This document shows, piece by piece, positions 29,905 to 39,731 of a stretch of DNA of 64,000 nt. Position 1 is the stretch's first letter; every line of letters starts with the position of its first letter. The stretch spans positions 683,145 through 747,144 of the forward strand of contig OZ250173.1 in NCBI GenBank assembly GCA_965238075.1, written 5' to 3'. This DNA is from Candidatus Entotheonellaceae bacterium. GTDB lineage: Bacteria; Tectomicrobia; Entotheonellia; Entotheonellales; Entotheonellaceae. Made by a program: the position numbers and the translations under genes. The notes under the pieces were generated by a model. It did not search any database, was not told where the DNA came from, and saw nothing but the letters and a program-made list of their open reading frames with translations.

Positions 29905-32223
29905 ATGACCCCGCCTGGCGTTCCCTCCCCGGCGCCCCCGCTGCCCGGTAGCGGCTCGGCAGAGCGCGGTTCGCATGGCCCCGAGGCGGCGCTGATCAAC
30001 AAAATTCGTGCCGCCGCCTCCCTCGACGACCTGTTTCTCAAGCTGAAAGAAGACTTGGTCGATCTGTTCGAGGTCGAGCAACTGACGCTCTACGCCATCG
30101 ACCGCGAGAACCGCGAACTGTACTCGCGTTTTCTGCTCGATTCCCTGCAAGGCATTCAGGAAATCCGCGTGCCCATCGACGCCACCAGTGTGTCAGGGTA
30201 CTGCGCCCGGTACGGCAAGACCCTCAACATTGGCGACGTGTATGACGCCGACGAACTGGCGGCCATCGGCCCGCATCTGACCTTCAACTGCTCGTGGGAC
30301 GAGCGCAGCGGTTTTCGCACCCGGCAGATGCTCGCCGTGCCCATCCTGGTGGACGGCAAATACCTGATGGGCGTGCTGCTGCTCATCAACAAGCGCAATA
30401 ACGGGCGATTCACCGCTGAAGAGGAGAGCTTCGCGGGCACCATCGCCGAGGCCATCGGCATCGCCATTCGCCAGCACAACACCGCCACCCGGCAGCAGAC
30501 GGCCAGCCAGTTCGATCATTTGCTGGAACAGGCGACCCTCTCGCGTGCCGAACTGGAAAGCGCCATGGCCGAAGCGCGCCGCCGCAACTGCGACACGGAA
30601 TCGGTGTTGCTGGACACCTACCAAATTCCCAAGACGGACATCGGGCGAGCGCTGAGCCTGCACTACGGCTGCCCATTCGTGGCCTACGACGAGCGGGTGT
30701 CGGTGGATGCCGGGTTGCTGAGAGGGCTTAACGTCGACTACTTGCGGATGAATGACTGGATGCCGCTGCGCCGCACCGGGAACCACATCGACGTGCTGGT
30801 CGACAACCCCAACGACGCGGCGAAGACCGAGCACATCCGCGCGCTGCTGCCCGGCGCCAGCCTGCGTTGGCTGGTGGCGCTGCGGCAGGACATCGCGCGC
30901 TTTCTGCAGCGCGCCAGTAGCCAACAGAACGAGTTCGGCGGCATCGAGGACATCCTGGGCGAGTTGCACGACAGCACGCCGTTGCCGCAGGACGATGAGC
31001 CGACCGCCAGCCTGCGCGAGGACGACAGCGTCATCGTGCGGCTGGGTAACCAGATCATTCTGGATGCGCACGCCCAAGGGGCCTCGGACATTCACATCGA
31101 GCCGTACGCGGCTCGGCACGACACTGTGGTGCGGCTACGTGTCGACGGACACTGCCGGGAGTACCAACGCATCCCGCCGAGCTACCGGCGCGCCTTGGTA
31201 TCCCGGCTGAAAATCATGGCGCGACTCGACATCGCCGAGCGCCGCAAGCCGCAGGACGGCAAAATCAAGTTCCGCCTGCCTACCGGACGGGACATCGAGT
31301 TGCGGATCGCCACGGTACCGGTGGCCAGCGGCGATGAGGACGCGGTGCTGCGAATTTTCACCGCCAGCGAGCCGCTGCCGCTGTCGGCCCTGAACATGAC
31401 GCCCCGCAATTTGGCGGCGTTCGAGGCGGCCATCCGCAAGCCCTACGGCCTCGTCCTGGCTGTCGGGCCCACCGGCTCGGGCAAGACCACCACGCTGCAC
31501 GCCGCGCTCGGCGCCATCAACGAGCCGTCGCGCAAGATCTGGACGGCGGAGGACCCGGTCGAAATCACCCAGTACGGCCTGCGGCAGGTGCAGGTGCAGC
31601 CACGCATCGGCTTCACCTTCGCGGCTGCCATGCGGTCGTTTCTGCGCGCCGACCCGGACGTCATCATGGTCGGCGAGATGCGTGACGCCGAAACCGCTCA
31701 CGTCGGCATCGAGGCGTCGCTGACCGGGCACCTGGTGTTTTCGACCCTGCACACCAACAGCGCCCCGGAGACGGTGACGCGGCTGCTGGACATCGGGCTT
31801 GATCCGTTCAATTTCGCCGACGCGCTGGTGGCGGTTCTGGCGCAGCGGCTGGTGCGCACCCTGTGCCCGGCGTGCAAAGAGACGTATCAGCCGGACGAGA
31901 CGGCGTGGGCAGCGCTGCGGCAGGCGTACGGCGAGGACGCCTTTGCCGACCTGGACGCGCCGGGGCCGGCGGACGCCACCCTTTACCGCGCCAAAGGCTG
32001 CGAGCTGTGCCAAGGACTGGGCTACAAAGGCCGCGTTGCAGTGCACGAGTTGCTGGTGGCAAGTGATGACATCCGGCACGTTATTCAGTCGCGCGCCCGG
32101 GTGACCGACATTGCGGCCCTGGCCCGGCAGCAGGGCATGACCACCCTGTTGCAGGACGGCGTGCTAAAGGTGTTGGGCGGACTGACGGACCTGAGCCAAG
32201 TCAAAGCCGTCGCGGACCGGTAG
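29905..32223 (+). CDS. GspE/PulE-family secretion ATPase with N-terminal GAF and T2SSE_N (MshEN-like) domains
   Basis: GAF-like region DLFEVEQLTLYAIDRENRELYSRF...MLAVPILVDGKYLMGVLLLINK, Walker A VGPTGSGKTT, GEMRD, TGHLVFSTLHTN, and a tetra-Cys motif CPACK...CELCQGLGYKGR. Confidence 0.9.
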   Translation: MTPPGVPSPAPPLPGSGSAERGSHGPEAALINKIRAAASLDDLFLKLKEDLVDLFEVEQLTLYAIDRENRELYSRFLLDSLQGIQEIRVPIDATSVSGYCARYGKTLNIGDVYDADELAAIGPHLTFNCSWDERSGFRTRQMLAVPILVDGKYLMGVLLLINKRNNGRFTAEEESFAGTIAEAIGIAIRQHNTATRQQTASQFDHLLEQATLSRAELESAMAEARRRNCDTESVLLDTYQIPKTDIGRALSLHYGCPFVAYDERVSVDAGLLRGLNVDYLRMNDWMPLRRTGNHIDVLVDNPNDAAKTEHIRALLPGASLRWLVALRQDIARFLQRASSQQNEFGGIEDILGELHDSTPLPQDDEPTASLREDDSVIVRLGNQIILDAHAQGASDIHIEPYAARHDTVVRLRVDGHCREYQRIPPSYRRALVSRLKIMARLDIAERRKPQDGKIKFRLPTGRDIELRIATVPVASGDEDAVLRIFTASEPLPLSALNMTPRNLAAFEAAIRKPYGLVLAVGPTGSGKTTTLHAALGAINEPSRKIWTAEDPVEITQYGLRQVQVQPRIGFTFAAAMRSFLRADPDVIMVGEMRDAETAHVGIEASLTGHLVFSTLHTNSAPETVTRLLDIGLDPFNFADALVAVLAQRLVRTLCPACKETYQPDETAWAALRQAYGEDAFADLDAPGPADATLYRAKGCELCQGLGYKGRVAVHELLVASDDIRHVIQSRARVTDIAALARQQGMTTLLQDGVLKVLGGLTDLSQVKAVADR

Positions 32224-32235
32224 ACGAGAACCCCT

Positions 32236-32850
32236 ATGCCACACCTGAAGCTCCCGGATGGCGCTCTGATTTCCTATGAATCCGCCGGCGACGGCTTCCC
32301 CCTTCTCCTGCTTCCCGGCCCCGAGGGCATCGCCGCCTGGTTGCCCCACATGCCCCTCTTCGGCGAGCTTTGCCACGTCATTGCTTACGAGTTTTGCCAG
32401 CCGCAACCGACCACCGAATACCTATCCGCCCTTCTCGACGCCCTGCATCTGGAGCGCGTCTACCTGGCCAGCCCTGTTCCCGCCTGGATGCCAGCCTTGC
32501 AGGTCGCCCGCCGTCGTCCCGAAGCTCTCGAAGCCCTCCTCCTCGTGGACCTTCCCGGCTCGGCGGCCAAGGCTCCACCGCTTGATTCCACCCTCGCCAC
32601 ACATCTGTCCAGCCTGACCCTGCCGACCTTCATCCTGCTCGCCCACGAGGCCAGCCCCGCGCGTGCCGCTGCCGACCTCCTCTCAACCCATCTCCCCCAT
32701 TGCCGAACCCTCACCATGGGTCGGCTTGGCCAGGGCCAACCCGATCTTCCCAAGGCACCCCACCGCCAGTTCCCGCACCTCATGATGCGCTTCCTCCTCG
32801 ACCGCGAACGGCATCGCAACCTTGTTCGCGGCGCCTCCTTCTTGTTGTAA
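32236..32850 (+). CDS. Alpha/beta-hydrolase-like protein with a degenerate nucleophile elbow
   Basis: LPDGALISYESAGDGFPLLLLPG...LLDALHLERVYLASPVPAW follows the alpha/beta-fold layout, but GxSxG is replaced by ASPVP. Confidence 0.45.
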   Translation: MPHLKLPDGALISYESAGDGFPLLLLPGPEGIAAWLPHMPLFGELCHVIAYEFCQPQPTTEYLSALLDALHLERVYLASPVPAWMPALQVARRRPEALEALLLVDLPGSAAKAPPLDSTLATHLSSLTLPTFILLAHEASPARAAADLLSTHLPHCRTLTMGRLGQGQPDLPKAPHRQFPHLMMRFLLDRERHRNLVRGASFLL

Positions 32851-32960
32851 CAGCAGGTTTGCAAGCGGCCGCCGCAATCACAAGACTGAAATTCCGGGAG
32901 GCGGAGCGCCGGGCTCGTTTGTAAACGATGTTCGGTTTGCGCACTGCCCCGCACCCCGGA

Positions 32961-33245
32961 TCAGGTCCGGGGCAGGCTTTGATCCAGGGGTCGGGGTGAA
33001 GGGGAAATACGCGATTCGTTGATGACGTCCAGGTGTTCGTCCCATTCCAATTCCACCTTTGGACCTTCCAACGCGTCGCAGCCGCGGCAGAACCTTTCGA
33101 GGTCCTCTGATGACTTGAAGGGGTCGGTTCGCTGTTGTTCTTCGAGCCGCTGACGGGCAGCGCTCCTCAGCCACGCGCTCAGCGTCATGCCTTCTCTTCG
33201 CGCCTGGTGGACAAAGCGGTCGCGGTCCTCATCGGTGCTGCGCCG
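32961..33245 (-). pseudogene. Ribbon-helix-helix antitoxin-like remnant (no usable start for the RHH part, no cognate toxin)
   Basis: The in-frame translation ...RRRSTDEDRDRFVHQARREGMTLSAWLRSAARQRLEEQQ resembles CopG/VapB-type RHH antitoxins. The first ATG/GTG/TTG (33188) falls inside helix 2. The 3' end reads into a palindromic repeat. Confidence 0.35.
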
Positions 33246-33375
33246 CCTGCAAGTTGGTATGAACCGCTGGAGTGTCTCTCGACACCAGTACCGGACAAAA
33301 ACAAGTCGGTCAGCTTTTGGGTGGACGGAAATCCGGCCGGCAACGACGAACCGGCGCCCTACAGGATCGCGGTTT

Positions 33376-33777
33376 TCATGGGTGGGGTCTCGGTCTTGCC
33401 GCCTCGTCGTCCGTCGTGCGCGGGTCGGTCTTGATGAGCGATTCCGCCGGGATGCCCAGCCCCTGGTGCAGCCGCCAGATCATCTTCAGGCTCAGCGGGC
33501 GCTTGCGGTTGAGAACCTCGTAGACCCGACTGCGGCTGCCGATGTAAGGCACCAAGTCCTTGGGCGCCAGCGCGTTCTGTTCCATGTGATAACGGACCGC
33601 GGCGACCGGATCGGGAAGATCGAGCGGGTAGTGCTTGGCTTCCCAGGCCTCGACGAGCGTCACCAGGACATCAAGACGGTCGCCCTCCGGCGTGTTGCGC
33701 TTCGCCGTCATCAGGCCCTCGATCTCCTTCAGCGTCCGCTGGTAGTCCCGCTTGGTCTTGATCGGTGCGATATCCAT
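33376..33777 (-). CDS. higA: Type II antitoxin HigA (HTH, XRE-like)
   Basis: MDIAPIKTKRDYQRTLKEIEGLM...GDRLDVLVTLVEAWEAKHYP...SRVYEVLNRKRPLSLKMIWRLHQGLGIPAESLI, located 10 nt downstream of higB. Confidence 0.85.
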   Translation of the reverse strand: MDIAPIKTKRDYQRTLKEIEGLMTAKRNTPEGDRLDVLVTLVEAWEAKHYPLDLPDPVAAVRYHMEQNALAPKDLVPYIGSRSRVYEVLNRKRPLSLKMIWRLHQGLGIPAESLIKTDPRTTDDEAARPRPHP

Positions 33778-33787
33778 GGCTCGGCCC

Positions 33788-34090
33788 TCAAATCGTCTGG
33801 GCATCGATGGCGTCGTAGTCCCGGTGGCTGCCGATGAACCGGATGTAGACGACGCGGTAGGGAAAATTGATCCACACTACGATGCGGTACTTGCTGCCGG
33901 CGACGTTGAACATCGCCCGGCCGTCCTTGAGGATGCTGACGCTGCGGATGCCCCGCTTGACCTGGGCGGGGCTGCCCCAGTCGGCGGCCTTGACCTGGCG
34001 GTACCACGCCATTACCGGCTCGCGGGCGTCGGCATGGGCGGGATCCGCGTCGCTGAAGGGCTTCAGCGTTGCCAGCGCGATGAGCCTCAT
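33788..34090 (-). CDS. higB: Type II toxin HigB (mRNA interferase)
   Basis: MRLIALATLKPF...WYRQVKAADWGSPAQVKRGIRSVSILKDGRAMFNVAGSKYRIVVWINFPYRVVYIRFIGSHRDYD is the HigB_toxin family pattern. Confidence 0.85.
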   Translation of the reverse strand: MRLIALATLKPFSDADPAHADAREPVMAWYRQVKAADWGSPAQVKRGIRSVSILKDGRAMFNVAGSKYRIVVWINFPYRVVYIRFIGSHRDYDAIDAQTI

Positions 34091-34375
34091 GACGAGTACG
34101 ATAGCATGATCCCATATGGGCACCAAAGCCGAGTGTCCCGATACGGGAACTGCAGAATTTCCCTATTTGGGACGTGAAATCAATCAGACCCTTTCACAGC
34201 GGGAGGAGTCAGTTCCGGCGGCCTTACCCGCCCCAGGCGCTCGCGGCCATACGTGCGGGTTCGTCCTTGGCATAGCAGCCGTCCCGATCGTAATAGCCGG
34301 TATCTCGCGCCAGCGAGGCGACCATCGCCCGAGGCCCCCGTCAGATTGCGGTCGCGAATCCCTGGCAGCGTTCCG

Positions 34376-34564
34376 TTATCGACGCCCGCGGATGTGGTAC
34401 AGGTAGTACGCCTGCAGAGCGGCGGCGAGCAGCGGGACGCCGATTCGCAACACCATTCCCAGCCAGCTGGCGTGCTCGCCGCGCCAGCCGAGACGAATGG
34501 CCAGCAGCAGGCAAACGACAATACCGCTGCTGATGAGAATGCGGTGAATTCTCAAGAGTGTCAT
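34376..34564 (-). CDS. Small membrane protein (62 aa), hypothetical
   Basis: Two hydrophobic helices. Weak evidence. Confidence 0.25.
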   Translation of the reverse strand: MTLLRIHRILISSGIVVCLLLAIRLGWRGEHASWLGMVLRIGVPLLAAALQAYYLYHIRGRR

Positions 34565-34684
34565 GTGGTGGAACCTCGTGTCAGGGGGTCGGTGGGCCGT
34601 GCGCCGTGCAGGGCGAGGGCCGGGTGACGCCGCGTGCACCCGACCTGCGTGGGAATGACGGTGGCCTCGGAGAAGAAAAACAGG

Positions 34685-35830
34685 TCAATAGGTGCGGGTA
34701 ACACGGTACGGGGTGATTTCGGCGTGGGTGAAGCCGGCCTGGGGCGAGTGGAATTCGACCTGGAGAACGTAGCCCTCGGCGTCGCGGATATAGTTGACGA
34801 ACCGAAAGCCGGCCGCGGATTCGCTGTCCGGGATTTGGCGGCGCTTTCTGCCGTGTTGCGAGACAAGCTGGCGCAGGCTTTGCCAGTCACGGATCAAGGT
34901 CTCATCCGGCGGGACGTTGTTGTTATCGACCGTGTAGCGGCTGATCGCCTCGCGGATGTTCTGGAAATACCTTTCCAAGTCCGCGTCGACGACCTGGACC
35001 GCTTGTTTCTTTAGCTTCAGACGCTGCGCCAGGCGTTTCCAGAAGCGCTGCTTTTTGGGCTCCGACTCGGCGGCCGCAGCGTTGACCTGAGAAGGGGCGC
35101 GGAAGGTATCGTTGAATCCCTGCAAGGTAGCGTGAAATTGGGCGTCGGACAGGAGCCGACCGACATCCGTCGAGGTTGTCGTGACGAGGGGTTCCTGAGG
35201 CGGCGGTTGCGGCGCGCCGGTCCCCGGCTGCGGAGCCGTGGCGCCCGCTTGACCAGCCGGTGCGCGCGCCACCTGACTGCCGGGAACCTGCCGCAAACGG
35301 GCGAATCTGGCGTCCATGATCGCGCTGATCAACCATATGTCGACCTCGCGGATGAGCGTAAACCGCAACCGCGACTCCTCCATGGGAAAATTCACCGTGG
35401 TCAGATAGGTATCGATTGCCGTAATGATCTCATACGGCTCCGCGCCTTGCTTCGGCAGCACCGCCCATTCGTACAGGTGCGCCACGTCGGGCGAGGACCG
35501 AATCGCCGTCACGTATACCTGATTCTCGCCAACCGGCGTCGTACCGGTGATGGTGTAGCGGAACGTCTGCACGAACTTCTGGCTGAGGAACAAATCCGCC
35601 GTCGCCGTGGGGAGCCCGGCACCGCGCGCGCCAAATAGCCAGTTGCCAAAAATCGACCCATCCATGTTGGCGCTTTCCAGCGTCAGGGTGCGGGCGTCGG
35701 CAAACCGACCCCGCGACAACGCCGCGATGTACTGCTCCACCACTCTGTCCGGCTCGCTCTGGGCGTATGCCAAGCCGCTCGCCTGCAGCAACATTGCCGC
35801 GCCCACCAGCATCCAACCGCTTCGCAACAT
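34685..35830 (-). CDS. Secreted protein, function unknown
   Basis: Start moved to MLRSGWMLVGAAMLLQASGLAYAQ (signal peptide). Pro/Ala/Gly-rich linker in the middle. No family recognised. Confidence 0.55.
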   Translation of the reverse strand: MLRSGWMLVGAAMLLQASGLAYAQSEPDRVVEQYIAALSRGRFADARTLTLESANMDGSIFGNWLFGARGAGLPTATADLFLSQKFVQTFRYTITGTTPVGENQVYVTAIRSSPDVAHLYEWAVLPKQGAEPYEIITAIDTYLTTVNFPMEESRLRFTLIREVDIWLISAIMDARFARLRQVPGSQVARAPAGQAGATAPQPGTGAPQPPPQEPLVTTTSTDVGRLLSDAQFHATLQGFNDTFRAPSQVNAAAAESEPKKQRFWKRLAQRLKLKKQAVQVVDADLERYFQNIREAISRYTVDNNNVPPDETLIRDWQSLRQLVSQHGRKRRQIPDSESAAGFRFVNYIRDAEGYVLQVEFHSPQAGFTHAEITPYRVTRTY

Positions 35831-35924
35831 CCGTTTCCGCCTCCCGAACTGTGCATGTGTCAACGATGTAGAACCCTGAATTCTTACCATAACACGACGG
35901 CCGAATGCACGTGCTTTGATAGCG

Positions 35925-35990
35925 TCTCACTGCGGATTTCCCCCTCACCCCAACCCTCTCCTACTGAGGGGAGAGGGAGCCGCAACTGTC
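35925..35990. repeat. GC-rich hairpin element (ccctctcctactgaggggagaggg)
   Basis: Palindrome read directly; intergenic. Confidence 0.5.
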
Positions 35991-36176
35991 CTTTCAGCCC
36001 CTTGCGGCAAGAAAGCGGAGTCGCGGGCGAACCCACGCGGCTATTTGAATTCGCCATCCGGTGTGCTACACTTCGCAAATTCCCGGCGGCATGCGCTGTT
36101 CACGCCGCACACGTGGTTTCAGGGCGACCCAACAAACCCCCTTTTCACACTGTCCGCGTCATTAAGGAGAAGTCAG

Positions 36177-36488
36177 ATGATCACCATCACGGAAGCCGCC
36201 GCCGAAAAGATCAAGGAGTTGGCCCCCGATTCTCAACACGCGCTGCGCATGCGGGTTGTTGGGGGCGGCTGCTCGGGCCTGCAATATCAGATGGGCCTCG
36301 AAGACGAGCAGAATCCCGGCGACAAGGTGTTGACCAGCAACGGCATCAAAGTCCTCGTCGACATGAAAAGCGCCTTGTACCTCGCCGGCGCCGAAGTCGA
36401 TTACATCAACGGCTTGATGGAATCTGGCTTCAAAATCACCAATCCCAACGCCAAGACGACGTGCGGCTGCGGACAGTCGTTCCACTAA
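36177..36488 (+). CDS. erpA: Iron-sulfur cluster insertion protein, HesB/IscA/ErpA family
   Basis: ITITEAAAEKIKEL...LRMRVVGGGCSGLQYQMGL...NPNAKTTCGCGQSF. AAGGAGA RBS before the ATG at 36177. Confidence 0.9.
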   Translation: MITITEAAAEKIKELAPDSQHALRMRVVGGGCSGLQYQMGLEDEQNPGDKVLTSNGIKVLVDMKSALYLAGAEVDYINGLMESGFKITNPNAKTTCGCGQSFH

Positions 36489-36502
36489 CCCGCGCCTGAC
36501 AC

Positions 36503-36537
36503 CAGCCCCCACGAACGCCCCGGCGCTCTGGGGGCTT
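36503..36537 (+). terminator. Possible stem-loop after erpA (cagccccc...gggggct)
   Basis: 8-bp GC stem with a long loop and only a weak T-tract. Confidence 0.2.
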
Positions 36538-36607
36538 CAGCGTTCTTGCCCACTCATCCGACGTTGCCCCTCCTCCGCTTTCGGTATCCGTATGGAGAGC
36601 ACCGCCC

Positions 36608-36982
36608 ATGTTTGACGGTTTCTACAACGCCTTCTGGTTCCTGATCGTCGGCTGCCTGTTCGTCCTCGTGAACCTCTTCGTCAGCAGTCTCATTCGCCCG
36701 GCCGACCCGCATGAAGAAAAGCTCCTGCCCTACGAATGCGGCGAGGAATCCAGCGGTACCGGTTTCGTGCGCTTCAACCCCCGCTTTTACGTCATCGGCC
36801 TCATCTTCCTCATTTTCGACATCGAAACCGTGTTTATCTTCCCCTGGGCCGTCATCCTCAAAGGCGCCGGCCCCTTCGTGCTTATCGAGATGCTCATTTT
36901 CCTGGCCATTCTGGTGGTCGGGTTGGTCTACGCCTGGGGCAAAGGCGACTTGGAATGGATCAAACAGCCAACCCAGTGGTAA
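36608..36982 (+). CDS. nuoA: NADH-quinone oxidoreductase subunit A
   Basis: LLPYECGEES...RFNPRFYVIGLIFLIFDIETVFIFPWAV; three TM helices. Confidence 0.9.
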   Translation: MFDGFYNAFWFLIVGCLFVLVNLFVSSLIRPADPHEEKLLPYECGEESSGTGFVRFNPRFYVIGLIFLIFDIETVFIFPWAVILKGAGPFVLIEMLIFLAILVVGLVYAWGKGDLEWIKQPTQW

Positions 36983-37032
36983 GGCCGCGCGGCCTGGTGC
37001 CGGTGACAACGGCGTGACGTAAGGAGAGGTGT

Positions 37033-38115
37033 GTGCTGATCGAATGGGTGGCGTGGCTGATGCGCGCGGTTGCCGAGTTTGTCCTGCCTTTCACGGCTTC
37101 CTGGACCTGGATTCCCTGGTACACCATTGCCCTGCTACACGTTGCCGCGATCCTATTAGTGGTTATTTCCATCCTCACCATGTTTCTCGTCTGGCTGGAG
37201 CGCAAGGTGTCGGCTCACATGCAGGACCGCCTGGGCCCAATGCGGGTGGGCGGCTGGCACGGCTGGGCGCAGTCCATTGCCGACGGGCTCAAGCTGTTGC
37301 TCAAGGAAGACATCATCCCGGCAATGGCCGACAAGCCGGTGTTCAAAATCGCCCCGCTGCTGATTTTCGGGGCGACCTTCATGTCCTTCGTCGTGTTGCC
37401 GTTCAGCCAGGTCATCATCGTTTCCAACCTGAACATTGGGGTCTTGTTCATCTACGGCATCTCGACGGTAGTGGTCATCGGCATCATCATGGCGGGCTGG
37501 GCGTCCAACAACAAATGGTCGCTGCTCGGTGCCATGCGGTCGGCAGCGCAGTTGGTGAGTTACGAAATTCCAGTCGGCCTGTCCTTGCTCGCCGGTGTGG
37601 TGATGGCAGGGTCGCTGAGCACGGTGGAAATCAGTCTGGCCCAGAGCGGCGGCGTCTGGAACTGGTTCATCTGGCGCTGCTTCCCGTTCGGCTTCCTTGC
37701 TGCCATCGCACTTTACATCGGCGCACTGGCGGAAACCAACCGCACACCGTTCGACTTGGCAGAGGCCGAGTCGGAGCTGGTATCCGGCTACCACACCGAG
37801 TACAGCGGCTTTCGCTGGGCCCTCTTCTTCCTTGCCGAATACGCCAACATGTTCGTGGCCAGCGCCCTCGTCGTGGTGCTCTTCCTCGGCGGTTTCTCCG
37901 GCATCATCCCCATCGACTTCGTCCCCGACGTGATCTCCGGACCGTTCTGGTTCCTCTCGAAAACGTTGTTCCTCGTCTTCGTGATGATGTGGATTCGCTG
38001 GACGCTGCCGCGCCTGCGTGTCGACCAGCTCATGGGCATGTGCTGGAAGTACCTGATCCCCATCGCCCTGGTCAATCTGGGAGCGATTGGCCTGTGGACC
38101 TCCATGAGCGGCTAA
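37033..38115 (+). CDS. nuoH: NADH-quinone oxidoreductase subunit H
   Basis: [43 protein letters not shown]...[26 protein letters not shown]. Confidence 0.92.
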   Translation: MLIEWVAWLMRAVAEFVLPFTASWTWIPWYTIALLHVAAILLVVISILTMFLVWLERKVSAHMQDRLGPMRVGGWHGWAQSIADGLKLLLKEDIIPAMADKPVFKIAPLLIFGATFMSFVVLPFSQVIIVSNLNIGVLFIYGISTVVVIGIIMAGWASNNKWSLLGAMRSAAQLVSYEIPVGLSLLAGVVMAGSLSTVEISLAQSGGVWNWFIWRCFPFGFLAAIALYIGALAETNRTPFDLAEAESELVSGYHTEYSGFRWALFFLAEYANMFVASALVVVLFLGGFSGIIPIDFVPDVISGPFWFLSKTLFLVFVMMWIRWTLPRLRVDQLMGMCWKYLIPIALVNLGAIGLWTSMSG

Positions 38116-38147
38116 CATCCGTACCCGACCTACCCTAGGATTTAACC

Positions 38148-39725
38148 ATGGCGAAAAAGCTGACGATTGACGGCAAGGAAATTACCGCGCGGGACGACGC
38201 CACCATTATCCAGGCGGCGCACGAGGCGGGGATCGTCATTCCCCACTACTGCTACCACCCCAAGCTCAGCGTCGCCGGCAATTGCCGTATGTGCCTGATC
38301 GAGCTCGAAGGCCGCCCCAAGCTCGAAATCAGCTGCAACACCCCGGTGGCCGACGACATGGTCGTGTACACCAACTCGCCGAAAGTCGTCGAGGGCCGCC
38401 GCGGGGTGCTGGAATTCCTGCTCATCAACCACCCGCTCGACTGCCCCATCTGCGACCAAGCCGGCGAGTGCGGCTTGCAGGATTACTACATGTCGTACGG
38501 CCTGTACCAGAGCCGCTTCCAGGAAGAAAAGGTCCACGGCCGCAAGGTGGTCGATTTCGGTCCCGACGTCGTCTTCGACTCCGAACGCTGCATCCTGTGC
38601 ACCCGCTGCGTGCGCTTCTGCGACGAGGTGACGCACACCAACGAACTCGGCATTTTCGAGCGCGGCGACAGCGCCCAGATCGCCATGTTTCCCGGCAAGC
38701 AACTGGACAATCCCTACGCCGGCAACACCGTGGACATATGCCCCGTCGGCGCCCTGACGAGCAAGGATTTCCGCTTCAAGATTCGCGTGTGGTTCCTGCA
38801 GGAGACGCCGTCGGTGTGCCCGGGCTGCGCACGCGGTTGCAACACCAGCGTGCACCACCACGACGGGCGGGTGTATCGCCTGAAACCGCGCCGCAACGAT
38901 GAAGTCAACGACACTTGGATGTGCGACGCCGGGCGCTTCGGATACAAATCGCTGCACGACAACAGGCTATCGCAGCCTGCCGTGCAGGACGAAACGGGCG
39001 AACTTGCGCCGGCCGCAATGCAAGAGGCTCTGGCGCGTGCCGCTGACCTGCTGCGAGAGCGCGACCCTGCCACCATTGCGGTGCTGGCCGCCCCGCAGGG
39101 CACCAATGAGGACTGCTATCTGTTGGCCAGACTGACCGCCGAGATGCTGCCCGGATGCCGGGTAGCCATGACTGTCGGCGAGCTTGGCGATGAGGATGGA
39201 TTTCTGCTGCGTGCCGACAAGAACCCCAACACGCGCGGCGCCCAGGACATGGGCCTGGCGGGGCCCGCTTCCCCGGATGATCTGACGCAACTGGTCGCTG
39301 CCATCGAAGCCGGCACAATTGAGATGTTGGTCGCCATCGACGTTGATCTCAAGGCCGTCTTTGGCGCCGAAACCTTCGCGCGCCTGGCGGCAAAACTGCA
39401 GGGCCTGATCGTACAAGGCTCAACGATGCGTCCGGGCCACGAGGCAGCGCAAGTGCTGTTACCGTCAGCCGCGTACGTCGAGCGCGACGGCACCTTCACC
39501 AATTTTCAGGGTCGGATTCAGCGCATCAACGCCGCCTTCGCACCGCCGGGCGCCTCGCAGCCGGCTTGGCGCATCTACAGGCGGCTTGCCAATCTGCTCG
39601 GGGCCGACTGGAATTACCCGAATCACGAAGCGGTCTGGGCGGACATCGCCGACACCATTCCCGGCTACGGCGTCGATAATGCCGTCATCGGCGATCAGGG
39701 TTGCCTTATTTCCAGCGAGAGTTGA
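38148..39725 (+). CDS. nuoG: NADH-quinone oxidoreductase subunit G-like (short, 525 aa)
   Basis: 2Fe-2S motif CYHPKLSVAGNCRMCLIE; HPLDCPICDQAGECGLQD; CILCTRCVRFC; CPVGALTSKDFRF. Confidence 0.85.
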   Translation: MAKKLTIDGKEITARDDATIIQAAHEAGIVIPHYCYHPKLSVAGNCRMCLIELEGRPKLEISCNTPVADDMVVYTNSPKVVEGRRGVLEFLLINHPLDCPICDQAGECGLQDYYMSYGLYQSRFQEEKVHGRKVVDFGPDVVFDSERCILCTRCVRFCDEVTHTNELGIFERGDSAQIAMFPGKQLDNPYAGNTVDICPVGALTSKDFRFKIRVWFLQETPSVCPGCARGCNTSVHHHDGRVYRLKPRRNDEVNDTWMCDAGRFGYKSLHDNRLSQPAVQDETGELAPAAMQEALARAADLLRERDPATIAVLAAPQGTNEDCYLLARLTAEMLPGCRVAMTVGELGDEDGFLLRADKNPNTRGAQDMGLAGPASPDDLTQLVAAIEAGTIEMLVAIDVDLKAVFGAETFARLAAKLQGLIVQGSTMRPGHEAAQVLLPSAAYVERDGTFTNFQGRIQRINAAFAPPGASQPAWRIYRRLANLLGADWNYPNHEAVWADIADTIPGYGVDNAVIGDQGCLISSES

Positions 39726-39731
39726 CACACT

